A stretch of 61,120 nucleotides of DNA, taken from positions 1-61,120 of the forward strand of contig JBBTSE010000005.1 of assembly GCA_038064855.1 (NCBI GenBank), in the 5' to 3' direction. The first letter of the stretch is position 1. Each line of letters starts with the position of its first letter. Source of the DNA: Patescibacteria group bacterium. GTDB lineage: Bacteria > Patescibacteriota > Minisyncoccia > Ryanbacterales > GWA2-47-10b. Position numbers and translations under genes: made by a program. The notes under the pieces were generated by a model. The model was not told the origin of the DNA, did no database searches, and worked only from the letters and a program-made list of their open reading frames with translations. Of this stretch, positions 18,809 to 27,599 are shown in pieces.

Positions 18809-18814
18809 ACCACT

Positions 18815-18843
18815 ATTATAGCTAAAATATAGCCACATGTCAA
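18815..18843 (-). promoter_or_regulatory. Perfect consensus sigma70 promoter TTGACA-17-TATAAT
   Basis: Minus strand has TTGACA (18843-18838), a 17-nt spacer, and TATAAT (18820-18815). The -35 overlaps the ruvB ATG on the opposite strand. Confidence 0.7.
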
Positions 18844-19841
18844 TACCAGCCCAAAAACTCGATGACCGCTCGCTCGACAGCACCCTACGCCCTGCGCGCT
18901 GGGACGAATACATTGGCCAGCACCAGATAAAAGAGAATTTGGCTATTTTGATCGAAGCTGCAAAAAAACGAGGTGAGCCGCTCGAACATTTACTCTTTTA
19001 TGGCCCCGCGGGCCTCGGTAAAACGACCCTTGCCCACCTTATCAAAAATGAAATGGGCGCCCAGATGAAAATAACCTCGGGCCCCGCGATCGAACGGGTG
19101 GGAGATCTCGCCTCAATCCTCACCAATCTTTCTTCGGGTGATATTTTGTTTATTGATGAAGTACACCGACTTAATAAACTTATCGAAGAGATCCTCTACC
19201 CCGCCATGGAAGCTCGATCACTCGATATCATCATTGGCAAAGGGCCTGCCGCGCGCACCATACAGCTCGAGCTCCCCTCTTTTACTCTTATTGCGGCTAC
19301 TACCCGCGTAGCACTCCTTTCCTCGCCGCTACGCTCGCGTTTTTCGGGTGGTACCTTCCGACTTGAGTTTTATTCAGAAGATGATCTTAAAGAAATCTTG
19401 CGCCGTTCGGCAAAACTTCTTGGTATCGCCGCTGAACAAGACGCGCTCACTGAAATCGCCAAGCGAAGCAGATTTACACCGCGTGTTGCCAACCACCTTC
19501 TCAAGCGTTGTCGTGATGTGGCAGAAGTCAGGGGTGACGGTGTCATCACTGATAGAATCGCGCGCATGGCACTTGAACTTCTTGAAATTGACGAAGTAGG
19601 ATTATCGTCAGAAGATAGACGCATACTCGATATATTGATAGAAAAATTTGCTGGCGGGCCCGTAGGGGTCGCGACACTCGCCGCCGCATCATCAGAAGAA
19701 GTGAGTACTATCGAGGAAATCCATGAACCGTATCTCATGCGTCTTGGTTTTATTGAACGAACACCACGAGGTAGGATGGCTACGCGTCGCGCCTATGAGC
19801 ACCTAGGTGCTACGCCACCCGCAACCCTTTTCAATACATGA
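18837..19841 (+). CDS. ruvB: Holliday junction DNA helicase RuvB
   Basis: [12 protein letters not shown], Walker [10 protein letters not shown], Walker [10 protein letters not shown], sensor ATTR, C-terminal winged helix ([17 protein letters not shown]). Confidence 0.95.
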   Translation: MSIPAQKLDDRSLDSTLRPARWDEYIGQHQIKENLAILIEAAKKRGEPLEHLLFYGPAGLGKTTLAHLIKNEMGAQMKITSGPAIERVGDLASILTNLSSGDILFIDEVHRLNKLIEEILYPAMEARSLDIIIGKGPAARTIQLELPSFTLIAATTRVALLSSPLRSRFSGGTFRLEFYSEDDLKEILRRSAKLLGIAAEQDALTEIAKRSRFTPRVANHLLKRCRDVAEVRGDGVITDRIARMALELLEIDEVGLSSEDRRILDILIEKFAGGPVGVATLAAASSEEVSTIEEIHEPYLMRLGFIERTPRGRMATRRAYEHLGATPPATLFNT

Positions 19842-20056
19842 TTACTATTATTGCCACTATTGCGTTCGCACTTTTTGCGGGACTCTACACCCTCGGTATT
19901 TGGATGGCTACTTGGCAAGAAGAGGAGCTTTCTCTCTCACACGAAAAAGCGGTGCATATGAATATTATTATCATCGCCATTTCTTTTGTACTCCTTATTA
20001 TAGCACTCTGGGCGTTTATCCACATAAATTGGGATACTCTCATCCTCACCATCTAA
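19838..20056 (+). CDS. Hypothetical small two-TM membrane protein (72 aa)
   Basis: ATGA overlap with the ruvB stop and TAATG overlap with the next gene. Two hydrophobic helices. Confidence 0.45.
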   Translation: MITIIATIAFALFAGLYTLGIWMATWQEEELSLSHEKAVHMNIIIIAISFVLLIIALWAFIHINWDTLILTI

Positions 20057-20571
20057 TGGTCACTCTTCAGCCGAACGAAAAAATATTGATGACAATTCAC
20101 AAACACTGGTTTGTCTTTTTTGGTCGCATGATCGCCTTGCTCTCGGTGGGTGTCGTGCCGCTCTTTGGATTTTTGTTTGCGCCCGAGCTCGGATCTTTTA
20201 TCAACTCGGACTCGCTCTGGTACCTCCTCCTCTTTTTTGCCATGATCTGGTGGCTCGTATTACTCTTTCTCTTTTTTATTGAATGGCTTGATTATTGGCT
20301 TGATGCATGGATAATTACCGATCAACGAATCATTGATATTGAACAAAAAAGTCTCTTCCGACGCGAGGTATCCGAATTCGTCATCGCACGCATTCAAGAT
20401 ATCAAGATAGAGACACCAGGATTTATTGGTACTGTACTTAAATTTGGTGACATCCGCATACAAACCGCGGGCGAGGAAAGTTTTACGATTGAGACGGTGC
20501 CCCATCTCAACGAGATAAAAAATCTTATTATGTCATTCGCGCACAAAGGCGCGATACGCGACCCGGACTAA
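20056..20571 (+). CDS. Bacterial PH-domain (bPH_2/YdbS-YdbT-like) membrane protein
   Basis: Two TM segments followed by ITDQRIIDIEQKSLFRREVSEFVIARIQDIKIE..GDIRIQTAG, typical of bPH_2. Start taken at MVTLQPNE, in frame with track ORF 19807..20571. Confidence 0.55.
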   Translation: MVTLQPNEKILMTIHKHWFVFFGRMIALLSVGVVPLFGFLFAPELGSFINSDSLWYLLLFFAMIWWLVLLFLFFIEWLDYWLDAWIITDQRIIDIEQKSLFRREVSEFVIARIQDIKIETPGFIGTVLKFGDIRIQTAGEESFTIETVPHLNEIKNLIMSFAHKGAIRDPD

Positions 20572-20585
20572 TACAACCAAACTAT

Positions 20586-21134
20586 ATGTCAGGACATAAT
20601 AAATGGGCTCAGATCAAGCGTCAAAAAGCCGTAACGGACGGAAAACGCAGTAAGATGTTTGGTAAAATTGCGCGCATCATCAGTGTCGCCGCGCGAGACA
20701 AGGGCCCTGACCCAAGTCTCAATATGTCGCTCAAATCAGCGATACAAAAAGCGCATGAGATCAATATGCCGCAAGACAACATCGACCGCGCGATCAAGAA
20801 AGGTACGGGTGGTAGTGACGGAACGATACTCCAAGAATTTGTCTATGAGGCGTACGGACCGGGTGGTGTAGCGCTCCTCATGACGGGGATTACCGACAAC
20901 AATAACCGCACATCAAACGAAGTAAAACACCTAATCTCTGAACGCGGTGGCAAATGGGCAAACCCGGGAAGTGTCTTGTGGGCGTTTGAGAGGAAAGAAC
21001 ATGAATGGTCACCTCTCGAGTACGGGCTTATTGAGATTTCGCCTACGGACACGGAAGCGCTCTATAAACTCATGGATGCGCTCGATGAGCACGACGACAT
21101 CCAAGAAATCTACGCGAACAACAAAGAGTCATGA
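20586..21134 (+). CDS. yebC: YebC/PmpR-family protein (short, 182 aa)
   Basis: MSGHNKWAQIKRQKA..DGKRSKMFGK and GYGPGGVA-like (AYGPGGVALLM), C-terminal DEHDDIQEIY. About 60 aa shorter than typical family members. Confidence 0.8.
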   Translation: MSGHNKWAQIKRQKAVTDGKRSKMFGKIARIISVAARDKGPDPSLNMSLKSAIQKAHEINMPQDNIDRAIKKGTGGSDGTILQEFVYEAYGPGGVALLMTGITDNNNRTSNEVKHLISERGGKWANPGSVLWAFERKEHEWSPLEYGLIEISPTDTEALYKLMDALDEHDDIQEIYANNKES

Positions 21135-21592
21135 GAGTTCTTGGGATTGACCCGGGCATCGAACGCGTCGGATGGGGCGTTGTTGATACCGTGGGAGCGG
21201 TATCAACCTATTATAGGTGTGGACGCATCACCACACCGCGCACCATCTTGCACCAGGAGCGCCTTGAAATGATCGAGCGTGAGCTTGGTGCACTTATCAA
21301 AGAGATGCGCCCTGCGTGTGCTGTTGTCGAGCGTCTCTTTTTTGCGAAAAATAAAAAAACGGCGCTGGCGGTGGCAGAAGCGCGAGGAGTTATTATGCTC
21401 ACTCTATCAGCAGCGTCACTCCCGATATATGAATTTACTCCTATGGAGGTAAAGATGGCAATCACGGGCAATGGGCACGCCGAGAAAAAACAGGTAGCGT
21501 GGATGGTCCGTAATATCCTAAAGGTACCCGCTGAGGTAACATCAGACGATGCCCTTGACGCGCTCGCCCTCTGCCTTATGATAGCCAAGTGA
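21131..21592 (+). CDS. ruvC: Crossover junction endodeoxyribonuclease RuvC
   Basis: RVLGIDPGIERVGWGVVD, catalytic acidic residues in VERLFF and SDDALDALALC. ATGA overlap with yebC. Confidence 0.9.
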   Translation: MRVLGIDPGIERVGWGVVDTVGAVSTYYRCGRITTPRTILHQERLEMIERELGALIKEMRPACAVVERLFFAKNKKTALAVAEARGVIMLTLSAASLPIYEFTPMEVKMAITGNGHAEKKQVAWMVRNILKVPAEVTSDDALDALALCLMIAK

Positions 21593-21594
21593 GG

Positions 21595-21603
21595 TTATCC
21601 ACA
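21595..21603 (+). promoter_or_regulatory. Perfect DnaA-box consensus TTATCCACA
   Basis: Exact 9-mer 3 nt after the ruvC stop. Confidence 0.4.
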
Positions 21604-21702
21604 GAGTCTTGTATTGCCCTTTTTGCCCACTCTCGGTATGTTCTTGGTATTAGATACGCAAGGTCGTAGATACTAGCAATAAATTAAGCACTTTTTGAGA
21701 AT

Positions 21703-21837
21703 ATGACACTACACACACAACCTTGGGCTACAGATGATGAAAAGGAGTTTGCCGACGAGGACGAGCTGACTGAAGAAGAAGTGAGTGAGGACGACGCAGA
21801 TGATGACGATGATACTTTTGAAGAAGAAGGAATGTAG
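21703..21837 (+). CDS. Hypothetical 44-aa extremely acidic microprotein
   Basis: ATG..TAG ORF MTLHTQPWATDDEKEFADEDELTEEEVSEDDADDDDDTFEEEGM (below the ORF-track cutoff). A strong terminator follows 6 nt later. Weak SD. Confidence 0.35.
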   Translation: MTLHTQPWATDDEKEFADEDELTEEEVSEDDADDDDDTFEEEGM

Positions 21838-21842
21838 CCTCA

Positions 21843-21874
21843 ACACCCCCCGCTAAAGCGGGGGGTGTTTTCTT
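21843..21874 (+). terminator. Rho-independent terminator
   Basis: 11-bp GC-rich stem ACACCCCCCGC-taaa-GCGGGGGGTGT followed by TTTTCTT. Confidence 0.8.
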
Positions 21875-21907
21875 GAAAAAAGGTCACATATTTGGTATAA
21901 AAGGTGT

Positions 21908-24382
21908 GTGATTTTTAGATCGTTACGCAAGAAGCATAAACATAAACTACTCCTCTGGATCCTCGCCGTCATGACTGTCGGCTTGTTTCTTTTTATACTC
22001 ACAGGAGCCATTCTATTTGCCTTCATTAAAATACCTACCCTCGAAGATTTTCGAGAACGCAAGGTGGCAGAATCGACAAAGATTTATGACCGCACAGGTA
22101 AAATACTTCTCTGGGAAGTACATGGGGAGGAGCGCCGTACCGTAGTGCAGTTTGAAAATATCTCACGCAATGTAAAGAATGCGACCATTGCTATCGAGGA
22201 TTCAAATTTTTATTCACATCATGGCATCAGCCCCCTCTCACTCTTTCGTGTTGTTTTTCTCAACATCTTTCAAGGCAAGCAAGTGGGGAGTGGCGGATCA
22301 ACCATCACACAACAGCTTGTTAAAAATACATTGTTGACGCGCGAGCAAACATTGATACGCAAAGCAAAAGAAATAATCATCGCGGTCAAACTTGAGTCCG
22401 CCTATTCAAAAGATGACATCCTTAATCTCTATCTCAATGAGATACCGTATGGATCTAATACCTATGGTATCGAATCGGCCGCTCAAAACTTTTTTGGTAT
22501 ACCGGCATCCGATGTATCACTCACAGAGGCGGCGTATTTAGCAGCTCTTCCTCAGGCCCCTACCCGCTATTCACCCTACGGCAACAACCGTAAGGATTTA
22601 GAGGCACGAAAAGACCTTGTACTCGAACGCATGCGCACCCTCCAATATATCTCGACGGAAGAATATGAGAGCGCAAAAAAAGAAAAGGTGACATTCCTCC
22701 CCCAACGCAAACAAGGACTCCTTGCCCCCCATTTTGTAATGTATGTCCGTGAGATACTTAATGAAAAATATGGTGAAGATGTAATCGAGCAAGGTGGACT
22801 TGAGGTTATCACCACGCTTGACGCGGACCTCCAGACAAAAGCAGAAGCGATCGTAGCGCGGCGAGCCCCCGACATGCAAAAGAACTTCAATGCCTCAAAT
22901 ATCGCGCTCACCGCCATCGACCCTAAAACGGGGCATATTTTGGTTATGGTTGGTTCGCGCGACTATTTTGATGTAAATAACGATGGCAATTTTAATGTGG
23001 CGCTTGCGCGCCGCCAACCAGGATCTACCTTTAAACCATTGGTATACGCAACTGCGTTTAAAAAAGGATATACACCAGAAACAGTAGTCTTTGATTTGGA
23101 AACAAACTTTGCAGCAGCTGGCGATCCTTATATCCCGCAAAATTATGATGAAAAATTTCGGGGGCCGGTAACGCTTCGTGAGGCACTCGCGCAATCACTC
23201 AATGTGCCTGCGGTGAAAACACTCTATCTCGCGGGTATCGGCGATTCTATTGAGACAGCGCGTGACTTTGGTATTACTACACTCACCAATCAAAACCATT
23301 ATGGACTTACTTTAGTGCTTGGTGGAGGTGAGGTTTCACTCCTTGAGCTCACCTCCGCGTATGGAGTATTTGCCAATCAAGGTATGAAAGTAAATCATCA
23401 CCCTATTATTCAGGTGAAAGATAAGGACGGATCTATTTTGGAAGAAGAAATAGTGCGCTCAGAACTTGCTATTGATACTAATATTACCAATATGATCTCG
23501 AGTATCCTCTCGGACAATGCTGCGCGTACCCCAACCTTTGGTTCACGATCTCCTCTCTATTTTGAGGGGATGTCAGTCGCCGCAAAAACAGGTACTACCA
23601 ATGATTACCGTGATGTCTGGACGGTTGGATACAATCCCAATATGGTAGTCGGTACATGGGCGGGAAATAATGACAACTCTTCAATGACAAAAAATGTCGC
23701 GGGTTTTATTATCGCGCCTCTCTGGCGTGAGTTTATGGATACAGCACTCGCGCAAGTAGAAAAAACAGTATTCACACCACCACAACCGGTGGGGGTGAAA
23801 AAGCCCGTACTTCGTGGTGTTTGGAAGGGATCGCGTGCCTATGAAGTTGATAAAATATCGGAGAATCTCGCTACTCCTTTTACCCCGCAAGACCAGCGGG
23901 AAGAACGAGTGACTCAAGAGATTCATTCGATCCTTTATTGGGTCAATAAAGACAACCCTGATGGCCCGATACCTACTAATCCAGCACAAGACCCACAGTT
24001 TTCGCTCTGGGAAGGCCCTGTGCGTGCGTGGGCACAAAAAAATGGATATGGAGACGGTGATATTTCAGGCAAACCTCTAGAATACGATTCCTCACACTCG
24101 CCTGAAAACTGGCCTAGTATCTCATTTCCAAACAATGAAGAGCGAAAAGTATTTAGTTATGGTGATGATATTGTTTTTCACCCAACTATTACCGGGCATT
24201 ATACTATTGTAGATATTGAAATATTTGTTGATGGTGACTATATACGCTCAGAGAAAGGTGCGTTCCAAAATCTTGAGATTGGCGACTTTGAGACGGGCGA
24301 GCATGTATTAAAACTTAAGGTATATGATATCATCGGCAATAAACAAGAACGAGAAGTTTCTTTTACCGTTGCGGCCCCTTAA
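21908..24382 (+). CDS. Class A penicillin-binding protein (glycosyltransferase + transpeptidase) with extra C-terminal domain
   Basis: GT51 motifs (EDSNFYSHHG, GGSTITQQLVKN), transpeptidase SxxK (PGSTFKP), SxN (SLN), KTG (KTGTT). About 150 aa of additional beta-rich C-terminus. GTG start. Confidence 0.9.
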   Translation: MIFRSLRKKHKHKLLLWILAVMTVGLFLFILTGAILFAFIKIPTLEDFRERKVAESTKIYDRTGKILLWEVHGEERRTVVQFENISRNVKNATIAIEDSNFYSHHGISPLSLFRVVFLNIFQGKQVGSGGSTITQQLVKNTLLTREQTLIRKAKEIIIAVKLESAYSKDDILNLYLNEIPYGSNTYGIESAAQNFFGIPASDVSLTEAAYLAALPQAPTRYSPYGNNRKDLEARKDLVLERMRTLQYISTEEYESAKKEKVTFLPQRKQGLLAPHFVMYVREILNEKYGEDVIEQGGLEVITTLDADLQTKAEAIVARRAPDMQKNFNASNIALTAIDPKTGHILVMVGSRDYFDVNNDGNFNVALARRQPGSTFKPLVYATAFKKGYTPETVVFDLETNFAAAGDPYIPQNYDEKFRGPVTLREALAQSLNVPAVKTLYLAGIGDSIETARDFGITTLTNQNHYGLTLVLGGGEVSLLELTSAYGVFANQGMKVNHHPIIQVKDKDGSILEEEIVRSELAIDTNITNMISSILSDNAARTPTFGSRSPLYFEGMSVAAKTGTTNDYRDVWTVGYNPNMVVGTWAGNNDNSSMTKNVAGFIIAPLWREFMDTALAQVEKTVFTPPQPVGVKKPVLRGVWKGSRAYEVDKISENLATPFTPQDQREERVTQEIHSILYWVNKDNPDGPIPTNPAQDPQFSLWEGPVRAWAQKNGYGDGDISGKPLEYDSSHSPENWPSISFPNNEERKVFSYGDDIVFHPTITGHYTIVDIEIFVDGDYIRSEKGAFQNLEIGDFETGEHVLKLKVYDIIGNKQEREVSFTVAAP

Positions 24383-24662
24383 ACATTACTTTCTCCACAT
24401 CTCCCTGCGGAATACTCTCGAGTAGTGTCTTAAGTATACGGTCTTGATGTTGGTGTATATAATGCTTTAAAATCGCTGAGGATGTATAGATGATAAGAGT
24501 TTTGTCGCGGCACTCAACATTATATTGTCCATCATAGCCTGTAAGAATGGCCTGTAGAGCTCCTGCGACAGTTTCACCTAGTCGCTTCCGTGTAAGCTCG
24601 TGTGATTGATCGATTCGTGCAAATGCGTCCGGGAGAAGTATGAGAATACGATTAAAACTCAT
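24363..24662 (-). CDS. DUF721/DciA-like protein
   Basis: About 100 aa, immediately downstream of and overlapping dnaN by 4 nt. The pattern ..ECRDKTLIIYTSSAILKHYIHQHQDRILKTL....VEKVMFK resembles DUF721. Confidence 0.5.
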   Translation of the reverse strand: MSFNRILILLPDAFARIDQSHELTRKRLGETVAGALQAILTGYDGQYNVECRDKTLIIYTSSAILKHYIHQHQDRILKTLLESIPQGDVEKVMFKGPQR

Positions 24663-25774
24663 ACCGTGCCCTTCATAGGCATGACGATATATATTGATCC
24701 TTCGCGCCCTACCGGCTTAATCATTAATGGTTGTGACTCTGAATTAAAACCAAAAAATAATTTCTCCTCACTATACGACTCTACCCCTTGGAGAAGGTAT
24801 TGAAAGTTGAACACAATAAAAACATCTTCTCCATCAAACTCACCTTTCATAACCCCTTTATACATACCTTGGTTATTCTTACTCTCAATAGTGATTAATT
24901 TCTCTTTTACCGTAAGTGAGAAAGATACACTATTGAGTTTATTGGCAAAAATGCTCGCACGGCGTAATTGAGTGACAATTTCTTGACGGGTAAGAACCCC
25001 GTGAGTTTTAAAATCTTTAGGGATAATTTGTTGATAATCTGGAAAATTCCCTTCAGTGAGTCGTGAATAAAGTGTAATATTTCCAAAACGAAATAGAGCC
25101 TCCCCTTTACCTATTAAAAACTCTACTTGATCACTATCACCTTGATCGGCAAGGCGTATAATCTCCTCAAAAGTACGCGCTGGGAGTAAAAAAGATTCTT
25201 TTGGATTCTTAATTGATAATGAGCTAAGTTTTATCCTTTCTTCACTAAGACGAAAACTATCGGTAGCCGCGATAAGGAGTGTTTCTCTCTCAAGTATAGC
25301 TAAAATACTAGCAAGCTCTGGTTTAATAGCACTTTTCGATACAGAAATAAGTACTCGTGGAAAAAACTGAGTAATATCTTTTTTAAAAATCGTAGCTTTA
25401 TATAACTCTTTAAGTGTAGGAAATGGTGGAAAATCTTCTTGTGGGTACCCTTTTATATTTATTTCCTGCCCTTGGACACTAAGTGTTACATCAACACCAG
25501 TACTCTCAATAGTTATTTTTTCATCCTTAGTGAGTGTAGATATATAAGAAAGAAGTTGTTTTGATGGTATCACCACACTACCTTGTTCACTTACCGTACA
25601 CCGTACAGTTGTTTGAATACCAATCTCAAGATTAGTACCCATAATACGGAGTGATCCACTTTCAGTTGTTATAAAAAATGATCCGAGTATTGGAAGAGTG
25701 ATATCTTTACTCGTAGCTCGTTCCACAATACTGAGAGCCTTTTTTAAATTATCTGCGATAGTTATACACTTCAT
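24659..25774 (-). CDS. dnaN: DNA polymerase III beta sliding clamp
   Basis: 371 aa, three-domain clamp pattern (LPILGSFFI, ATDSFRL, PLMIKP), directly downstream of dnaA. Confidence 0.9.
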   Translation of the reverse strand: MKCITIADNLKKALSIVERATSKDITLPILGSFFITTESGSLRIMGTNLEIGIQTTVRCTVSEQGSVVIPSKQLLSYISTLTKDEKITIESTGVDVTLSVQGQEINIKGYPQEDFPPFPTLKELYKATIFKKDITQFFPRVLISVSKSAIKPELASILAILERETLLIAATDSFRLSEERIKLSSLSIKNPKESFLLPARTFEEIIRLADQGDSDQVEFLIGKGEALFRFGNITLYSRLTEGNFPDYQQIIPKDFKTHGVLTRQEIVTQLRRASIFANKLNSVSFSLTVKEKLITIESKNNQGMYKGVMKGEFDGEDVFIVFNFQYLLQGVESYSEEKLFFGFNSESQPLMIKPVGREGSIYIVMPMKGTV

Positions 25775-25959
25775 ACCGGATTCTATAATAGATTAATTAA
25801 TTAAGTTTTTATCTTTTAGTAGTTATTGTTGTGTGAGGGATAAAGTGTATAAATTATTTTTTCTATACAGTGTACTGAATATTTATTTTTTATAGATTAA
25901 GAAAGTTTTTATATGGTGTGGATAGCGGTTGGATAGAATTGTAATTTGGAAAATATTTT
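25775..25959. other. Candidate oriC (AT-rich dnaA-dnaN spacer with DnaA-box-like 9-mers)
   Basis: Very AT-rich 185 bp. TGTGGATAG (25917-25925) matches TGTGGATAA at 8/9. Neighbouring GTTGGATAG (25928-25936) and GAGGGATAA are 6/9 matches. A/T tracts could serve as an unwinding element. Confidence 0.5.
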
Positions 25960-27330
25960 TTAGCTTTCATACATCTTCCCCCTAATTTGTTTAATTTCTT
26001 CCACAAGTTTTGAGTCTTTCTTCAACTCATTAGAAATCTTTTCATATGCATGAAGTGCGGTAGTATGATCACGCCCACCAAGTTTTTGTCCGATAAATGG
26101 ATATGATCCATGAAAATCTTCACGGAGAAGATACATAGCAATCTGCCGAGGGCGTACCACTTCCCTCCTTCGTGATCGCTCAAAAAGTCCACCCTCTCCA
26201 AGGTCATAATAATGCGCTACAGCGTTGATAATTTGCGATGGGGTCGCAATCCGCTTTGTGGTTCTTGTAAGCTGCTCAAGCGAGATTTTAGCTTCCTCAA
26301 GGGTAAGGGGGCGTCCCTTGTACTTCGATTTTGCAAGAATGATATTAAGAGCACCTTCAAGCTCACGGATATTTTTTTGGATAGTAAATGCAATATATTC
26401 AAGTACAACATCCGCTATAATCGGTTCTTTAGTGCCCTGCTTGAGTCTTAAGATGGCGAGGCGCGCTTCGTACTCTGGTTCACTAATATCAGCGTTGAGC
26501 CCAGCTTCAAAGCGTGAACGAAGACGCTCTTCAAGATTTTGAATTGCTTGCGGGGGCTTGTCTGATGAGAAAATAATCTGTTTACCCCGTTCGTATAAAG
26601 AGTTAAAAGTATGGAAAAACTCCTCTTCGCTCTTTATTTTCCCCGCAATAAATTGGACATCATCAATAATAAGAAGATCAACATTTCGGTACTTCTCTTT
26701 AAAATTATGGAGCGGCTCACGGTTTTGAATCGTCGAGACAAGTTCATTCACAAAACGCTCCGAGGTGAGGTAGAGTATTTTAAAGTCAGGATGATCTTTT
26801 TTTACTTGGTTACCGATCGCATGGAGAAGATGTGTCTTCCCAAGCCCCACTCCCCCATAGACAAAGAACGGATTGTAGAGCGCGCCAAGATTTTTTGTTA
26901 TAGAAAGACCCGCGGCGTGGGCAAATTCGTTAAAAGTGCCAATAACAAACGATTCAAAGGTATATCTCGGGTTGAGGTTTGTGTCTCGGTCGACAGAAAA
27001 TTCTTTAAATTCAAGCTGTTCATCGGGCATCTCCACCGGCTCCTGTCGTTTTTTTGTTTGCGGTTGGATGGGCGTGTCTACCGATGAAACGATATAGCTA
27101 GCATTTCGGATCTCAGGCATAGTAGAGCGCAGTGATTTGATGATATTTTTATGAAATTTCTTCTCGAGCCACTCTTTAGCGAAAGCGTTAGGGACCGCGA
27201 TAGTCGCGACACCATCTTCAATGCCGTGGATTGAAGTTTGTTTAAACCAAGTGGCAAAATTGGCACGGGAAACTTCAAACTCGATCTGTCCGAGTACCGA
27301 TTGCCAAAGCTCTTCCTGATTCATATACAT
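25960..27330 (-). CDS. dnaA: Chromosomal replication initiator DnaA
   Basis: Domain I (WQSVLGQIE..FATWF), AAA+ Walker A GGVGLGKTHL, Walker B LLIIDDVQF, domain IV (VRPRQIAMYL..GGRDHTTALHA). Confidence 0.95.
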   Translation of the reverse strand: MYMNQEELWQSVLGQIEFEVSRANFATWFKQTSIHGIEDGVATIAVPNAFAKEWLEKKFHKNIIKSLRSTMPEIRNASYIVSSVDTPIQPQTKKRQEPVEMPDEQLEFKEFSVDRDTNLNPRYTFESFVIGTFNEFAHAAGLSITKNLGALYNPFFVYGGVGLGKTHLLHAIGNQVKKDHPDFKILYLTSERFVNELVSTIQNREPLHNFKEKYRNVDLLIIDDVQFIAGKIKSEEEFFHTFNSLYERGKQIIFSSDKPPQAIQNLEERLRSRFEAGLNADISEPEYEARLAILRLKQGTKEPIIADVVLEYIAFTIQKNIRELEGALNIILAKSKYKGRPLTLEEAKISLEQLTRTTKRIATPSQIINAVAHYYDLGEGGLFERSRRREVVRPRQIAMYLLREDFHGSYPFIGQKLGGRDHTTALHAYEKISNELKKDSKLVEEIKQIRGKMYES

Positions 27331-27457
27331 AAACTATATTGAGATGTATCTTATTTTCCTATATTGTAAAAATAAAGCCAATATGTTCTAATTGTTTATA
27401 ACATGTGCATGAGCTGTGTATTAGATTTTTTTTATCAGCACATCGTATAATAATCGT

Positions 27458-27592
27458 ATGTCCATCACCTACCAACCCAAAAAACGAAAGCGAGGGCGCT
27501 CGCATGGATTTTTGAAGCGCAAGCGAACGAAAGCCGGACGCAATGTCGTCGCCCGTCGTAGACAAAAGGGGCGTAAGCGCCTCACTGTTTAG
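27458..27592 (+). CDS. rpmH: 50S ribosomal protein L34
   Basis: 44-aa [47 protein letters not shown] (below the track cutoff). Classic position upstream of rnpA. TATAAT lies at 27446-27451. Confidence 0.9.
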   Translation: MSITYQPKKRKRGRSHGFLKRKRTKAGRNVVARRRQKGRKRLTV

Positions 27593-27599
27593 ATTCGTC

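Noticed and set aside
18559-18836. Assigning the pilB-ruvB structured region to RNase P RNA, SRP RNA, 6S RNA or tmRNA
   Set aside because: It is too short for bacterial RNase P RNA, and only loose look-alikes (GAAAGUCUCC on minus, GGUAAACC on plus) occur, on opposite strands. There is no GGAA-tetraloop/AGCA helix-8 motif and no tRNA-like end. The branched fold is unlike the single long 6S hairpin.
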